NCBI GenBank assembly: GCA_965287045.1
Contig: OZ336885.1
Span: 66,340,001-66,404,000 of the forward strand
DNA: 64,000 nt
Reading direction: 5' to 3'
Source of the DNA: Carcharhinus amblyrhynchos
Taxonomy: Eukaryota
This document shows, piece after piece, positions 13,060 to 26,582 of this stretch. A model generated the notes under the pieces. That model had not been told where the DNA came from, ran no database searches, and worked only from the letters and a program-made list of their open reading frames with translations. Positions within the stretch are counted from its first letter, which is position 1. Every line of letters begins with the position of its first letter. A program made the position numbers and the translations under genes.

Positions 13060-16000
13060 GACTGGAGCAAAGCAGAGAGGGAGCGATTCGTGTCAGCGGT
13101 GCTGAGAGTAAGAGATTTTTTTTTTAATCTACCTTTTTATCGGAGTTTTTTTTCAGTTCAATCAGTAAACCGGAAGTAGGAAACAAGCGGCACTGCACGT
13201 GTAAAGTCTCCCACCCTTCCTCCTCCTCTAACCTAATAAAAGACTCGGTTGAGAGCAGGTAAAAATAAAGAGAGGAGTGGGAGCAAGGGTAGTAGCAAGT
13301 GGTACGCGAGACTGCGCAAACACAGATGTCAGTCAGTAGTGTGTGGAAGGTTTAAAAATGAGGGCACTCTATCAGCGGGCAGAGGAGTGAGAGGCGCCAG
13401 AGTGAGACGGCTTCAGCGTGAACAGGCAAAGGCCAGGGTAGGTTCCCCTAAGTTTTTGATACTTCAGAGTAGAAAGATGCCAGGCAGGATGTTGGAAAGC
13501 TCCTCTTGCAGGGAGTGTTAGGGAACTGGAGCAGGAGCTGGATTTGAAGTTTATACGTAATAGCTTCATTGCGGTAGTTACGCCAAAGGCACAGAGCACA
13601 GGTAATTAGGTTACCATGAGGTGGAGGAAGGGGAAAGGACAAGTAGAAGAGGGATCCCCTGTGGCCATCCACTCCCCCCGCCCCCCCCCCACCCCGCCCC
13701 CCGCTACTCATTACGTATATTGCTTTGGATACTGTTGTGGACGATTCTTTACCTGGGACAAGCTGTGGCAGCCGAATTTCTGGCACTGAGTCTGGTTCTG
13801 CAGCGCAGAAGGTGGGTGGGGGGGGCGGGGGGGGCGGGGGGGGTGGGGAAAAGGAGAGTTGTAGTGATAAGGGACTCAATAGATAAAGGTACAGACAGAA
13901 GGTTCAGTTGTCGTGACAGAGATTCTTGGATGGTTTGTTGCCTCCCGGGTGCCAGTGTCAGGGATGTCTCTGATAGTGTGCACAGCATTCTGAAGTGGGA
14001 GGGTGATCAGCCAGTTGTCATGGTATACGTTGGTACCAATGACGTAGGAAGGAAGAGTGTGGAGGTCCTGAAGAGTGAGTATAGAGAGCTTGGTAGGATG
14101 CAGGACCCCGAGAGTAGTAATCTCAGGATTTCTACTTGTACCACGTGCCAGTGAGAGTAAGAGCAGGATGCTCAGGCAGATGAACACGTGGCTGAGGAAC
14201 TGGTGTGGGGAGCAGAGTTTCAGATTTCTAGATCGTTGGGACCTCTTCTGGGGAAGGAAGGACGCGTACAAGAGAGGTGGGTTACACCTGAACTAGAGGG
14301 GGATGAACATACTTGCAGGGAGGTTTGCTAGTGTTATTGGGGAGGGATTAAACTAGATTTGCAGGGGGAGGAACCAGGGTGCCAGAGCAGATAGTGGAAC
14401 GGGAGCGAAAATGAATGATAGTTCATGCAAAATCACAAATAGAAGGATTATGTGTGGTGGTAATTATCTTCGGAGGTGTGTCTATTACAGTTCCAGGAGC
14501 ATTGTGCAGAAGGCAGAGGAGTTGAGGGCATCGATTAACACATGGAATTATGACATTATAGCCATTAGTGAAATTTGGTTACGGGGCGGGGCAGGACTAG
14601 CAGCTCAATGTTCCAGAGTTCCAATCTTTCAGAGATAGAGACGGAGGATTGAAGGGTGGGGGTGGCATTGCCAATCAGGGAAAATGTTGCAGCAGTGCTC
14701 AGGCAGGACAGATTAGAGGGCTTGTCTACCGATGTCACATGGGCGGAGATGAGAAACAGGAAAGATATGACCACATTAATGGGGTTGTACTATCGACCAC
14801 CCAATAGTCAGCTAGAATTGGAGGAGCGAATCTGCAGAGAGTTAGCAGCCAACTGCTGGAAACATAAGGTTGTGATAGTAGGGGATTTTATTTTTTCCAC
14901 ATATAGATTGGAACTCCCATACTGGGTGGAGTGGTATTTGTAAAACGTGTTCAGAAAGATTTTCTAAATGAATATGTAGAAGTACCAACTAGAGAGGATG
15001 CAATGTTAGATCTCCTATTCCAAATGAGTTAGGACAAATGACAGAAGTGTTTGTGTGGGGAGGGGGGGTGGGGGGGGCACTTTGTTTCCAGTGATCATAA
15101 CGCCATTAATTTCAACTTGATCATGGATCAAGATAGATCTGATCCTCGGGTTGACGTTCTGAACAGGAAAGAAGGCCAAATTTGAAAAAATGAGAAAGGG
15201 TTTTAAAAGCGTGGATTGGGATGGGCTGTTCTCTGGCAAGGATGTGATTGGTAAGTGGGAGGCCTTCAGTGGAGAAATTTTGAGAGTGCTGAGTTTGTAT
15301 GTTCCTGTCAGGATTAAAGACAAAGTGAATAATAATAAGGAACCTTGGTTCTCGAGGGATATTGCACATCTGATTAAGAAGAAGAGAGAGATGTATGGCA
15401 TGCAGAGGCAACAGGGAACAAATACAATCGTTGAGGTGTATAAAAAGTGCAAGAAACTACTTAACAAGGAAATCAGGAGGGCTAAAAGAAGACATGAGGC
15501 TGCTTTTGCAGTCAAGGTGAAGGATAATCCAAAGAGCTTCTACACGTATACTAAGAGCAAAAGGATAATAAGGGAAAAAATTGGTCCTCTTGAAGATCAG
15601 AGTGATCGGTTTTGTATGGAATCAAAAAGAAATGGGGGAGATATTAAATGTTTTTATTGCATTCGTGTTTACTAAGGAAACTGGCATGGAATCTACGGGA
15701 ATCAGGCAAACAAGTAGGGGGGTCATGGAACCTATACAGATTAAAGGAGAGGAGATCTTGCTGTTTTGAGGCAAATCAGAGTAGATAAATCCCCAGGACG
15801 GGTATTCCCTCGGACCTTGAAGGAGACTAGTATTGAAATTGCAGGGGCCTTGGCAGATATATTTAAAATGTCGGTATCCACGGATGAGGTGCCAGATGAT
15901 TGGAGGATAGCTCATGTTCTCTGCTGTTTAAAAACAGGCTCGAAAAATAATCCAGGAAATTATAGGGCAATAAGCTTGTCTTCAGTAGTAGGCAAATTAT

Positions 16001-17335
16001 TGGAAGCAGTAATAAGAGATAGGATCTACAAATACTTGGATAGACAAGGACTTATTAGGGGCAGTCATGGCGTTGTGCGTGGTTGGTCATGTTTAACCAA
16101 TATATTAGCGTTTTTCGAGGAGCTTACTCGGAAAGCGGATGATGGAAAGGCAGCGGATATTGTCAACATGGACTTCAGTAAGGCCTCTGACAAGGCCCTG
16201 CATGGGAAGTTAGTTAGGAAGCTTCAGCCGCTACGTATACATGGAAAGTTAGTACATTGGATTAGACATTTGCTCAATGGAAGAAGCCAGCCAGTGATAG
16301 TGGAGGATTGTTCCTCTGTGTGGAGGCCTGTGACTAGTGGTGTGCCACAGGGATCAGTGCTGGGTCAATTGTTGTTTGTCATCTCTGTCAATGATTTGGA
16401 TGATAATGTGATAAATTTGATGAGCATATTTGCTGATAACACAAAGATTGGAGGTGTAGTGGACAGTGAGGGAGGTTTTCAAAGCTTGTAGAGTGATATG
16501 GACCAGCTAGAAACATGGCAGATGGAGTTTAATGCAGACAAGTGTGAGGTATTGCACTTTGGAAGGACAAACCAAGGTAGAACATACAAGGTAAATGGTA
16601 GGACGCTGAAGAGTGTAGTAGAACAGAGGGATAAGGAATACAGATACATAATTCCCTAAAAGTGGTGTCACAGGTAGATAGGGTCATAAAGAGTGTTTTT
16701 TGGAACATTGGCCTTTATAAATCAAAATATTGAGTATAAGAGTTGGTATGATATGGTGAGGTTGTATAAGACATTGGTGAGGCCGAAGTTAGAGTATTGT
16801 GTGCATTTTGGTCACCTAATTACATGAAGGATATTAATAAGGTTGAAACAGTGCAGAGAAGGTTTACAAAAATGTTGCCGGGACTTGAGAAACTGAGTTA
16901 CAGAGAAAGGTTGAGTAGGTTACGATGCTATTCCCGGCAGTGTACAAGAATGAGTGGAGAGGTGTACAAAATTATGATGGGTATAGAGAGAGTGAATTCA
17001 AACAGGTGTTTTTCTCCACTGAGGATAGGCGAGGGAAAAAAAAACTAGAGGACATTGGCTAAGGGTGAAGAGGTAAACGTTTAAAGGGAATATTGGGGGT
17101 GGGGCGGGCTTCTTCAAACAGAGAGTGGTGGGAGTGCGGAATGAGCTGCCAGATGAAGTGGTAAATGCAGGCTCACGTTTACCATTTAAGAAAAACTTGG
17201 ACAGGTACAAGGATGAGAGGGGTGTGGAGGGATATGTTCCAGGTGCAGGTCAGTGGGACTAGGCAGAAAAATGATTCAGCACAGCCAAGAAGGGCCAGAA
17301 GGCCTGTTTCTGTGCTGTAATGTTCTGTGGTTCTA
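13060..17335 (+). mobile_element. Near full-length but disrupted CR1-clade LINE (5'UTR, SGNH-esterase ORF1, APE-RT ORF2, 3' tail)
   Basis: ORF1 motifs VVVIRDSI...VCCLPGASVRDV...VGTNDVG; ORF2 motifs GLYYRPPN, PGNYRAISLSSVVGKLLE, SGVPQGSVLG, FADNTKIGG; many frameshifts and stops. Confidence 0.93.
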
Positions 17336-17847
17336 GATTTGAGACCATCTTATGTATGTGTTCGGGTCCTATCTAGCACAAACACCCGTTCACCAATTTA
17401 TTTGTTGACTGAACTAGGCCGCTTCTCCTCAAAACACTTCATCAATTTGGTCACAACCTTACTTTCCAATCGCCTCATATGGTAGCCACTCTGATTGTAA
17501 GTCTCCATTTGCAGTTCTTAGATCTGCTGTTTTAATGCAGACAACGTTGACGGAATGAGTTCCAGTTCCGCCGTTGCTGGCAATACCATAAATTAAATGA
17601 GCTTAAATTTCTGGATTAATTCTTCACATTTTCCTGCCTTTCGACCTTGCTGTAATTTCGGAAGCACTTCATAAAGTAGCATTCCAAAATAACTTTTACT
17701 GAAAATCCTAATATTTGATTACATTTCCAACAAAGTTATTTTATTCAGCGAAGCACAATATTATGTTACATACAATGTTTGTATTATATTTTATAATAGA
17801 AGTTATTTTTGTTACTAAAGCCTCTCACTGTTTGATATTGTTTAAAG

Positions 17848-17874
17848 CGCGAGGAAACTCGCATAAAAATGAAG
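17848..17874 (+). CDS. Micro-exon 5 (27 nt): (A)RGNSHKNE
   Basis: tttaaag|CGCG...GAAG|gtaaga; right size and slot, K at 7, but polar residue at 4. Confidence 0.72.
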
Positions 17875-18151
17875 GTAAGAATTTGTTTGGCATTGTCTAT
17901 GCGATTCTATGGCACATTTTGCTTTCATGTTGGAGTCTGGCATTGGGCATGCATCGCGTGCCTCTAAGCACGCGGGATATTCAGTAATATCAGTACTTTG
18001 ACAGTACATTTGTTTATTTCGTAACCATATTTACTTTAAATTACGTTTTGCCTTATACGAAAAATGTCAAGTCCAATGTTATATCCAAAAATGATAGAGG
18101 AAATAATCTTCAGAAGCTTATGTGTACCTTTTGGTTCCCCATTGCGTACAG

Positions 18152-18187
18152 AGATAGCGATGTTGAAGAATACGCTTCTAGATTGTG
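18152..18187 (+). CDS. Micro-exon 6 (36 nt): (E)IAMLKNTLLDC
   Basis: cgtacag|AGATA...TTGTG|gtgagt. Confidence 0.87.
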
Positions 18188-20278
18188 GTGAGTGGGTGCG
18201 ATTAGATTTCTGAAACCTCACGATCGTTAACCTTACTGAAACATCAATAACATCCACGTGAATCGTATTTCCCACATATTAATAATCGACAATTCGTCGA
18301 ATTTGCTAATACTCGTGGTTGAACATGCTAACCGGGTAATACAAATGAACGTTTATTTGGTTGTTACTATGTTGAATTAAATATCTTATATCCCTAAAGG
18401 ATAAACAGTTACCTTAGAAAACATCAGAGAGCAACACGGTTCTTATCGATTAACTTTTCTCCTTGGATGATATTCATGTTATTTTTCGTCAGTTAACCAA
18501 ATCTGCCCTGCAGTTTAATAATGGCGATGAATATCATAGCAAAAATATCACTACATCTGATATCAATTAAGACATAGAAAACTCAAGAGTTAAGAGCATG
18601 AGGCAATGTATATGAATATAATATTTTAGAATTTCTGATCACTAGTAGCTTATAAAGTTTAACAGTGCCAGTAGCATGCTGACTGACATGCGAACCCCAG
18701 ATTATTTTTATTTTTCTGAACACAGAATTATGTTAATTAAACAGCTTAAGCGTCACTCAAAATTGATAAACTTGAGCTGGATTCACAAGAGCCTGACGAA
18801 ACATTATAAACTGCAGGATGAAATAGCCCTAGAAGTAAGGCAGCGCATCTGACGTCAGTTCTACTCTTCGTCATATGGTCTTTTATCATAGCGTTTGCAG
18901 AACTGACTATTAGTTGTTCAAAATATTTCTTAACTAGTTGGGATTGCGAGGCCACTGCTCAGAAATCGATCATTTGGCCTAGGTAATGCATTTAAGCTCC
19001 TGGAAGGTTTGCCCACAGCCATCAGAAATTAATCCCCTAAGTGTACTTGACAGTTCTACTTTTATTTAGCTCATAGCCATCCATCCTGTGACAGCTGCCT
19101 GTAAGGCAGAAAATACTATTTTTTTGTCGCACTGCAAAACGTGGTGAACAAAATCCATGCGTCAGTGATTCGCCGTTTCAAGAAATTAGAGGGTGTTACC
19201 ATAGCGACAGTCATCCAAATACTGTAATTTCAATCTAAACGTTGGGTGTCCTATCAGAAGAATGTATACATATATGAAAAAAGGGTTGTTCAGAGCAATA
19301 GTTCTCAGATTATTCCTAATCATAATATTCAGCATAGGTTAGTTGATGAGTAAAACGTTTCTCTGTGTGTGTTATTTGGGGTGAGAACGTTGCTTGGATC
19401 GTTTCCCAAAATACTTCAGTCAAGGCATTCGAAGTATTAAATTTTGCCATTCAAGTTTGTTTTTGATGTTTTAGGCATGACAGCCAACTACGAAAGAAAG
19501 AAATGCTTGTACAGCATTGGTGTAGCGAACTATCTTTCATTCCAATCACGTGATGTTGAGCACAGCTGTACGAGGTTCCCAATCAGGGAAAAAGCAAACC
19601 GGAACTTGACCACCTTGCCCACTAAGGAATCAGGGCCTTGAAACGGAAAGGTCCATTGACGTCAGGTAGGAATGACCGATCAGGGCCGAACGACACCATA
19701 AAATGACGCCGTGTTCCATTCTCTGACTCGATGACTTGGAAAATGCATACACGATGTGGCCGCACATGTTGATAATTGGCTTGCAGATATTTCCTCTGGC
19801 AATTGCAAACATTTGCTGATTTCTGTAGTTTAACAATGGAACAACACAACAGCAAAACTCTACAACGCTTAGACCAGCACAACCAAAGACAAGTCCAGTG
19901 ACAGGCCTGTTATGTCAAAATCTATTAACGTATGCAGCCTCAATGAGGAGAAATCAATTTATCCAGCAAGGGTTTCACATTTCAAACCTGTTAAACTGAA
20001 CAAGTTTTTTTCTCTGTAATCCCTTCTTGATTTACTCAGCTGCTGCCGAATGTCGATAAGCTTCATTTCCATCTCCGAACAGTCAATCATGTGCAGTTTA
20101 GCAATCTTTCGTAATTCTAAAGATGAACATTCAGAAAAAAAACCTTTGTAATTTCCTTTTGTCCATTCGGTAAGAATTCCAACCTGTAAATCTTTGCTGA
20201 TAATGACAAACTTGTGACAATAATAGTTGTCCTGTCATCCTTCTCAATTCAACAGTATATTTCCTCTGTAACTTACAG

Positions 20279-20305
20279 AACAAAATCTCGCTCAGAAAGA
20301 TGAAG
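20279..20305 (+). CDS. Micro-exon 7 (27 nt): (E)QNLAQKDE
   Basis: cttacag|AACAA...TGAAG|gtacgt. Confidence 0.87.
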
Positions 20306-20654
20306 GTACGTATATACTTTGTATTGAGATTACTTAACTTTTAATCTATCTAGTTTAACATTTACACCCGACATTCAGTTTCATTGACGTGAGTTAAATC
20401 GAATATCTCAGAAGCGCTATGACAGGCGCCAGATGTGGAACGTTCCAGAATCTTGGCTCAAGGTACAGTAACCTGGATATTCTTGGTGACATAAGATGCT
20501 CATTACTACTGCCACTCAATTCAAGTTCAATTGGGCAATCTCGATTCAGTATCCTAAAAAGGAAGATGCCTAGATGTTTATGTGATATATCAATTCAGTG
20601 ATTAATAAGTGTTTCACATTCATGCATAAAATAACTCAGATTGTGTCCTCGCAG

Positions 20655-20690
20655 ATATAATCAAAATGAAAGCCAGTATTAAGCAATGTG
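20655..20690 (+). CDS. Micro-exon 8 (36 nt): (D)IIKMKASIKQC
   Basis: ctcgcag|ATATA...ATGTG|gtgagc. Confidence 0.87.
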
Positions 20691-22072
20691 GTGAGCTATG
20701 TAATTTTAACATGTGCTTAATTTCTTGCTGATAAATCATCTTAATGACTTCTCTGTATCTGCATCTCCCTCGCAGTTGAAATGTCAATTGTCATGATTCT
20801 TCATTGCAATTTTGTTCTTCCTTAGCGTCACACTGCCTTCGACTGGATATTGCACCCAAACATACCTCTTCAAAGAGTGTTGTCAATTTAAGTGCTTCGT
20901 TACGAACATGAGCTCCATAATGTGGACATCCAGGACCAAGTATATCGAAGTGCTGCCGTATTGCTCGGGAAGGCATCTTCCCTGTCAAGGTAAACATAAA
21001 GGATGTTAGGACGCAAGTTCGGAAAATAACATGAGAGCAATTGTTCTTTCATTTATCAATCAAACATTCCTTAATGATGCATTTTAGGGTCGTTATCTCA
21101 TTGCTCCATTTGCACTTAACCCAGAACAAACATGTATGTTCCCTTCTGAGATCCGGAATTTCATCTTTAATATGCCAAATTGATTCTCAACTGGTTTGCA
21201 ATGGCAAACGCCGTTCATCATGTTTTAATCTAGAGGAATATACTCATTTATAAGCTGACTGCCGATTGCGGGGAAAAAGAAGAGAAAAAGACTTTAGTGA
21301 TCAGAACGTTTCGTTGCCAGATGCTGACATTAGACTTACACACAATGTGTTTCTAGATGGCATCCCAAACGATATTTTTGACCAAAGTTTGCTCAGAGTG
21401 GTGCCACGAACATCATTCCAATTAAAAGCACAAAATTATTTCATATGGGTCAACATCACCTTTCATGAAGGTTGTTTTTCAATCATGGGATAACTCTTGA
21501 ACATGTCGCCGGAAATTTTGATTCACGTCCATGATAGAGCATCTGCTTTCAGGTTCTAACAGAGATTTGGCACTTTCAGCAGTACAACGATTGAACATCA
21601 ACTTCCAGATTATTTCAAGGCACTGGATTGAAACTTTCACCTAAAGCATTCTGACTCAGGCGGAGGATGAAGATGTTATTTGATCAAACCAACCCGTCTG
21701 GCAGGAAACACATGCTCACTGATTCGAGAGCCTGGATCGGCCCAACTGGGTCTATGTTAGTTATTTTCTTTATACCAAAAAAAGAGGATTTTTTAACAGA
21801 TAAATTATTGGCATTAATGTTACACTGGATTCAAATATAGAATGATCAGCATTTTCGCTGCAAATTGTTATACTTCTAGGCTAATAGCAATTTCAAATGT
21901 AATTAGAGGACTTGTTTATGGAATTAGTATTGTAATTGGAAACCAAAGAGTTACAGCCAAAGAATAATTGTTATCAGTATTAATTTTTCTCCAGTTGTAT
22001 GCTGCCATGTGGATGACACCTCAATAGTCTTGTTGTTGCAGCGTCAATAATTGTTTCTTTTTTTTCTTGCAG

Positions 22073-22099
22073 ACGGGAAGATGAAGTCCAAAGAGTCAG
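22073..22099 (+). CDS. Micro-exon 9 (27 nt): (D)GKMKSKES
   Basis: long T tract, cttgcag|ACGGG...GTCAG|gtaact. Confidence 0.87.
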
Positions 22100-24115
22100 G
22101 TAACTGCATCTACATATTTTCATGCACGAGCATAAAAAAGCAACGAGATATAAAATGTGGTATCAAATCTGAGAAAGTACATGGCGCAAGTACTTGCATG
22201 GCATAAGTAGAAAAATCATGTAAACTGATCGAACAAGGGTCTATAAATACATACAAAGTGGGGAGAAAGCCGACAAATTTAAAAAATGTTTTAGTGAAAC
22301 AATAAAACAAGCCTCCCTAGATATTGTATCGGTGTAAGAGGGGCCAGGAACAGGTGTGTCTGAGATTGAGTGACTGGTAAAGTTAAACATGCAAGCTAAA
22401 TTGTATGAAATGCCCGCAGTACAAATTGTTCATTCTTCAGTACCACAAACCAGACAGATCCCGGTTATTCATCCAATTTAATTGCATACTTGCATTTGCG
22501 ACCTCCATGACAGCTAAAGAAACCAGAACGACATTCAGTGAATTGTTTTGATCTCAAATCTAAGTTATGTTTTAGCGGTGCAATCACTGTATGGGTAATC
22601 TCTTCACCGGGAACCTTTGTGCAAATCCCTCCTCGGAAATTTGAATAAGCAAGAAGTCTGGAATTGCAAGTTCAATGATGATGATAGAAACATTTTTGAT
22701 AAATCATTTGGATTACGACTGCCATTTAACCTAAATCTGACTCCAATCTTACAACATGGTTAATTCTCAAATTTTTTTGTAGCTGAAATTAATGTGCAAG
22801 TCATGCAATTTAAGATAAATAATGGACATTCACGAAATTCTGGCATTTGCGGCGATGTCAATGTTGCGCAACATAATTTACAAAATATAGTGGCACTTGT
22901 TTTCTGCCTCGCACCTCGTGTCCTGTTATGGTATAACACTAATCAAAAGTTTACCTTCTGACCACGTGCGTTTTTTTCTAAATGACAGTGACTATTCAAT
23001 TGGCCTAATTAACAGTTACCTGTATCACATTAGCTGACACAATGCTTGCTACACTCATTAGATTCTAAGCAGATCGACACCCAAAAATGCGTATTTGTGG
23101 CATAATTTGTGAATGCAGCAGATGGGATTGTATTGAATAACAATAGCATTGGTTTAAATCTTCTTAAAATAAGCAAAAACACTTCAACAACATAACGTTT
23201 CTTCAGACAGTTCCTCTTTGTTTTAAGTTAGATTCATTGGCAGGGCCATTTTACTTCCTTCATGAGACATGTTCTCAACATTACTTTAAGAGGAGACACT
23301 TTTTGCGGAAGGTTCTCAGAGTCATTAGAAATAGAATGCGCCCCTCCCTACGTGCAAAAAAAAATTCTGGCAATATGAAGACGTGGGTTGAAATGTCACA
23401 AGTAACATTTCCTGAATAACGGTCACGCAATTAGCATTTCACACAAGATAGACATTCACCACTATCCCGTCCATTTACCATTAGGAACTTTGCATCGCTC
23501 AACATGAACATACTGTGGAATATCACTCACGAGAAACGCTAGGTCTGTGCATAAATCACTATGGGTGCGCCAACCACGCTTCACTTAATCTACAAACCTG
23601 ACACATTCAAAAGACACAAGTGTGATGGCATATTCCACAGTTGCCCAGATGTTTGCATTACGTGGAAAAAGGGGCGTGTCAGCACCCATAGCTAAGAGCT
23701 TTATGGCGCTTCATCTCGCCCGTCATTTTGAAAGTTGAATCTCTCTGCCCAAGTTAGATTTAATGTGCGCTAACTTCAAGGAGCACTACAGAAAAGCACT
23801 ATAGTCCCTTCGTCATTGCCTTCCAAGCATCCGAATTCTTCGAGTTCAAATAGCAAGCAAATCGGACCGACAGAAAAGGACAACCTCTATTCTATTTGAA
23901 CGATAATCCTATTTATATATTTCGCAGCAAACTTTAATCACAGATTCGCAATAATCCAGCTTTCTGTCCTGCAATTTTCATTTCTCATCTCGAAATATGT
24001 TGAACAGTCTACTGAGATTTGTTCACTTAAATTGGTGTGCTGTCTATTGTGACCGATTCTGCAAAACAAGCCGCACTATCCATGTATGTTACAGTATCTC
24101 CCCTTCCTTCGACAG

Positions 24116-24151
24116 TGGTCGATAAACTAAAAAGTGACTACGAAGATTGTG
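24116..24151 (+). CDS. Micro-exon 10 (36 nt): (V)VDKLKSDYEDC
   Basis: ccttcgacag|TGGTC...TTGTG|gtaagt. Confidence 0.88.
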
Positions 24152-24440
24152 GTAAGTAGATGTTCACTATTTTTTCTCACCAATATTCAGTTCGGGTTCA
24201 TTGTCCCTTTCGAATTAAGCAAACTTTAGCGCACACCACCATAGCGACTGCCTCAGTCGTTCATATCAGAACCGCAGCTTGAACTGAGTCTCCTCCTACA
24301 CAGTTTCAACTCGGCAGTTAAGTGTCACCACGTAAGAACACTAAGTTATCTCAATCTCGATGTTAACTATTTTTTCCCTTAAATGCAGTAGGCTAATTTG
24401 CACTTCCTACTTCATGTAACTCAAGAACTGCACTTTTGCA

Positions 24441-24732
24441 AGGGTAGCATTGCAGCATCACAGTGCCACGACTCTGGGTTCGAGCTCTGGTTTTGTTCAC
24501 GGTCTATGTGGGCTTTGCATGTCCCCTCACCCCCCAACCCCCCGTATCCTCAGGGTGATTCGGGTTCCTCCAGCAGTCTAAATCATGGACTGGTTAGCTG
24601 CATTGGCCATGCTCGAATTGTTTCCCTCAGTGTACCCGAACAGGCACTGGGGTGTCGACTGGAGGATTTTCAAAGTAATGTAATTGCAGTGTCCATATAA
24701 GCCTATTTGTGACACTAATAAATAAACCTTCA
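24441..24732 (+). mobile_element. tRNA-derived SINE (HE1/V-SINE-like), decayed
   Basis: box-B-like gggttcgag, central gttagctgcattggccatgct, 3' tail resembling the copy at 35736-36045. Confidence 0.7.
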
Positions 24733-24927
24733 AGTGTAATGTAATTTCACTTCCTGTTATATCAAGAAAAGTATCCTCACATTTTTGGAACGTGCTGTGA
24801 AAGTTAAATGCCAGCCTGGAATGCTAAAATAAAAGAAGTTGCTCTAGAACTGATAGTTATGTTTGCTTCGTTTCCATGAATGATCTGCCCATCGATTGGT
24901 TAAAAACGATAACATGTTTTCGCGTCC

Positions 24928-25306
24928 CTCATTGAGACGTATAAGATGATGAATGGGATGGATAGGATAGAGGTGGAGAGACTCTTCCCGCTCAAAAAAG
25001 ACAGTAGGACTAGGGGGCACAGCCTCAAGAGGCGGTTTAGAACGGAGTTGAGGAGGAACTTCTTCACTCAAAGGGTGGTGAATCTCTGGAATTCTCTGCC
25101 CTTTGAAGTGGTGGAGGCTGCCTCGCTAAATATTTTTAAGAAGCAGGTTGATGGGTTTCTGATAAGAGAGGGGATTAAGGGTTATGGGGACAGGGCGGGA
25201 AAGTGGAACTGAGCCACGACAGATCAGCCATGATCTTATTGAATGGCGGGGCAGGCTCGAAGGGCCAGATGGCCTACTCCTGCTCCTATTTCTTATGTTC
25301 TTATGT
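24928..25306 (+). mobile_element. 3' fragment of young CR1 family, near-identical to 50950-51345
   Basis: encodes MMNGMDRIEVERLFPLKKDSRTRGHSLK...GKWN; ttcttatg tail; 12-nt internal deletion relative to the long copy. Confidence 0.95.
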
Positions 25307-25843
25307 AAAAACTATGCAATCAAACCTAATGCTGATCGAGGGCCTTTCAGCGACAAAAAAATGATCGTTAAGCCCGGGCAACACTTTTTTTTTCTGAACG
25401 GTGATGATTTACATTCGCACTTAATCCGTTGTTTTTTTTTCTGCGAATTAGTGGTCATTGCACAGGCAAGGAGGCCGGTCGGCCTACAACACCTGAAGTA
25501 GTTCTTTGGAACAAATACCAAATTTCCCACAACTTCACTGTTTCGTCATTATCGTCGTAACTGCCACCGTCAAATGTATAGAGCATTCATGTAAACACAG
25601 AAAGACAATTACTTATATACTCGATTCCATACCGCCACTCAAAGAGAGCTGGCTGCTGCACGATCTCACGCAAGACACTTTCCATGGTGCCACGTCTAGT
25701 AATTGAAAGGATTATGGGCGTGAGTAAGCTAAATGCGACTACGCATTACGCTCGTCTTTTTCTTTATCTTTCAATATGAACATTCAAAAAGCTGTTTTGA
25801 GAGTATAATTTACTATCTATGCCACCCGCCATATTCTCTTTAG

Positions 25844-25870
25844 AACTAAAGCTCGCAAACAAACAGAAAG
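25844..25870 (+). CDS. Micro-exon 11 (27 nt): (E)LKLANKQK
   Basis: ctctttag|AACTA...GAAAG|gtaagg. Confidence 0.88.
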
Positions 25871-26269
25871 GTAAGGGGAGGGGGCTTACTGGACGTTTTA
25901 TGTCTACGTCTTTATCATACGTCTAACTAATTTTCATTCAATTCGAATTTCGTTCTGCAACACATTCCATGTTACCTTGCATCCACTTGCTGAGGGTCGG
26001 ATGTATTACTTTCAGCCGGCATTATTTAAATTTATTCAATTTTTAACAATCCCATATCCAGAAAAAAACGTACAAAAGGCAGAGCAGCATTAAACACTCC
26101 CATCTAATGTTTCCTAGACTGGGGCAAATATTATATCAAATATATGAATATAAATATTTAAAAGAATGATAGATAAGGCAAATGGGTGCGTTTTAGTCAA
26201 GCGGGTCAAGCTTCTCAGGATGCTACACTCAATCAACTTTCATTGAATCAGCACCGTGGCATAGTGGTT

Positions 26270-26582
26270 AACAGTACTCCCTCACTACACTGGACCCTCG
26301 GGGGTCTGCATGTGTAGAGCTTGCATGATCTACCCGTGTTTCCATCGGTTTGTTCCATGTGTTCAGGTTTCCTCCTACAGTCCATATATGTGCACGTTAG
26401 GCAGATTGGTCGTGTTAAATTTTACTTTTGTGTCCCCGGACATGCTGCTTAAAGCAATTCGCCCTGGTAAATGTGTGGGGTTATGTGTATTGGGCACGGG
26501 AGTGGGCCTGTTCTGTCAGAGTAGGTGCAGGCTCGTTGGGCAAAATGGTTTCTGTCAACACTTTCGGGACTGTAAGATTCAG
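26270..26582 (+). mobile_element. tRNA-derived SINE (HE1-like), decayed
   Basis: gcaccgtggcatagtggttaacag head, caggtttcctcctacagtcc core, CR1-like 3' end. Confidence 0.7.
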
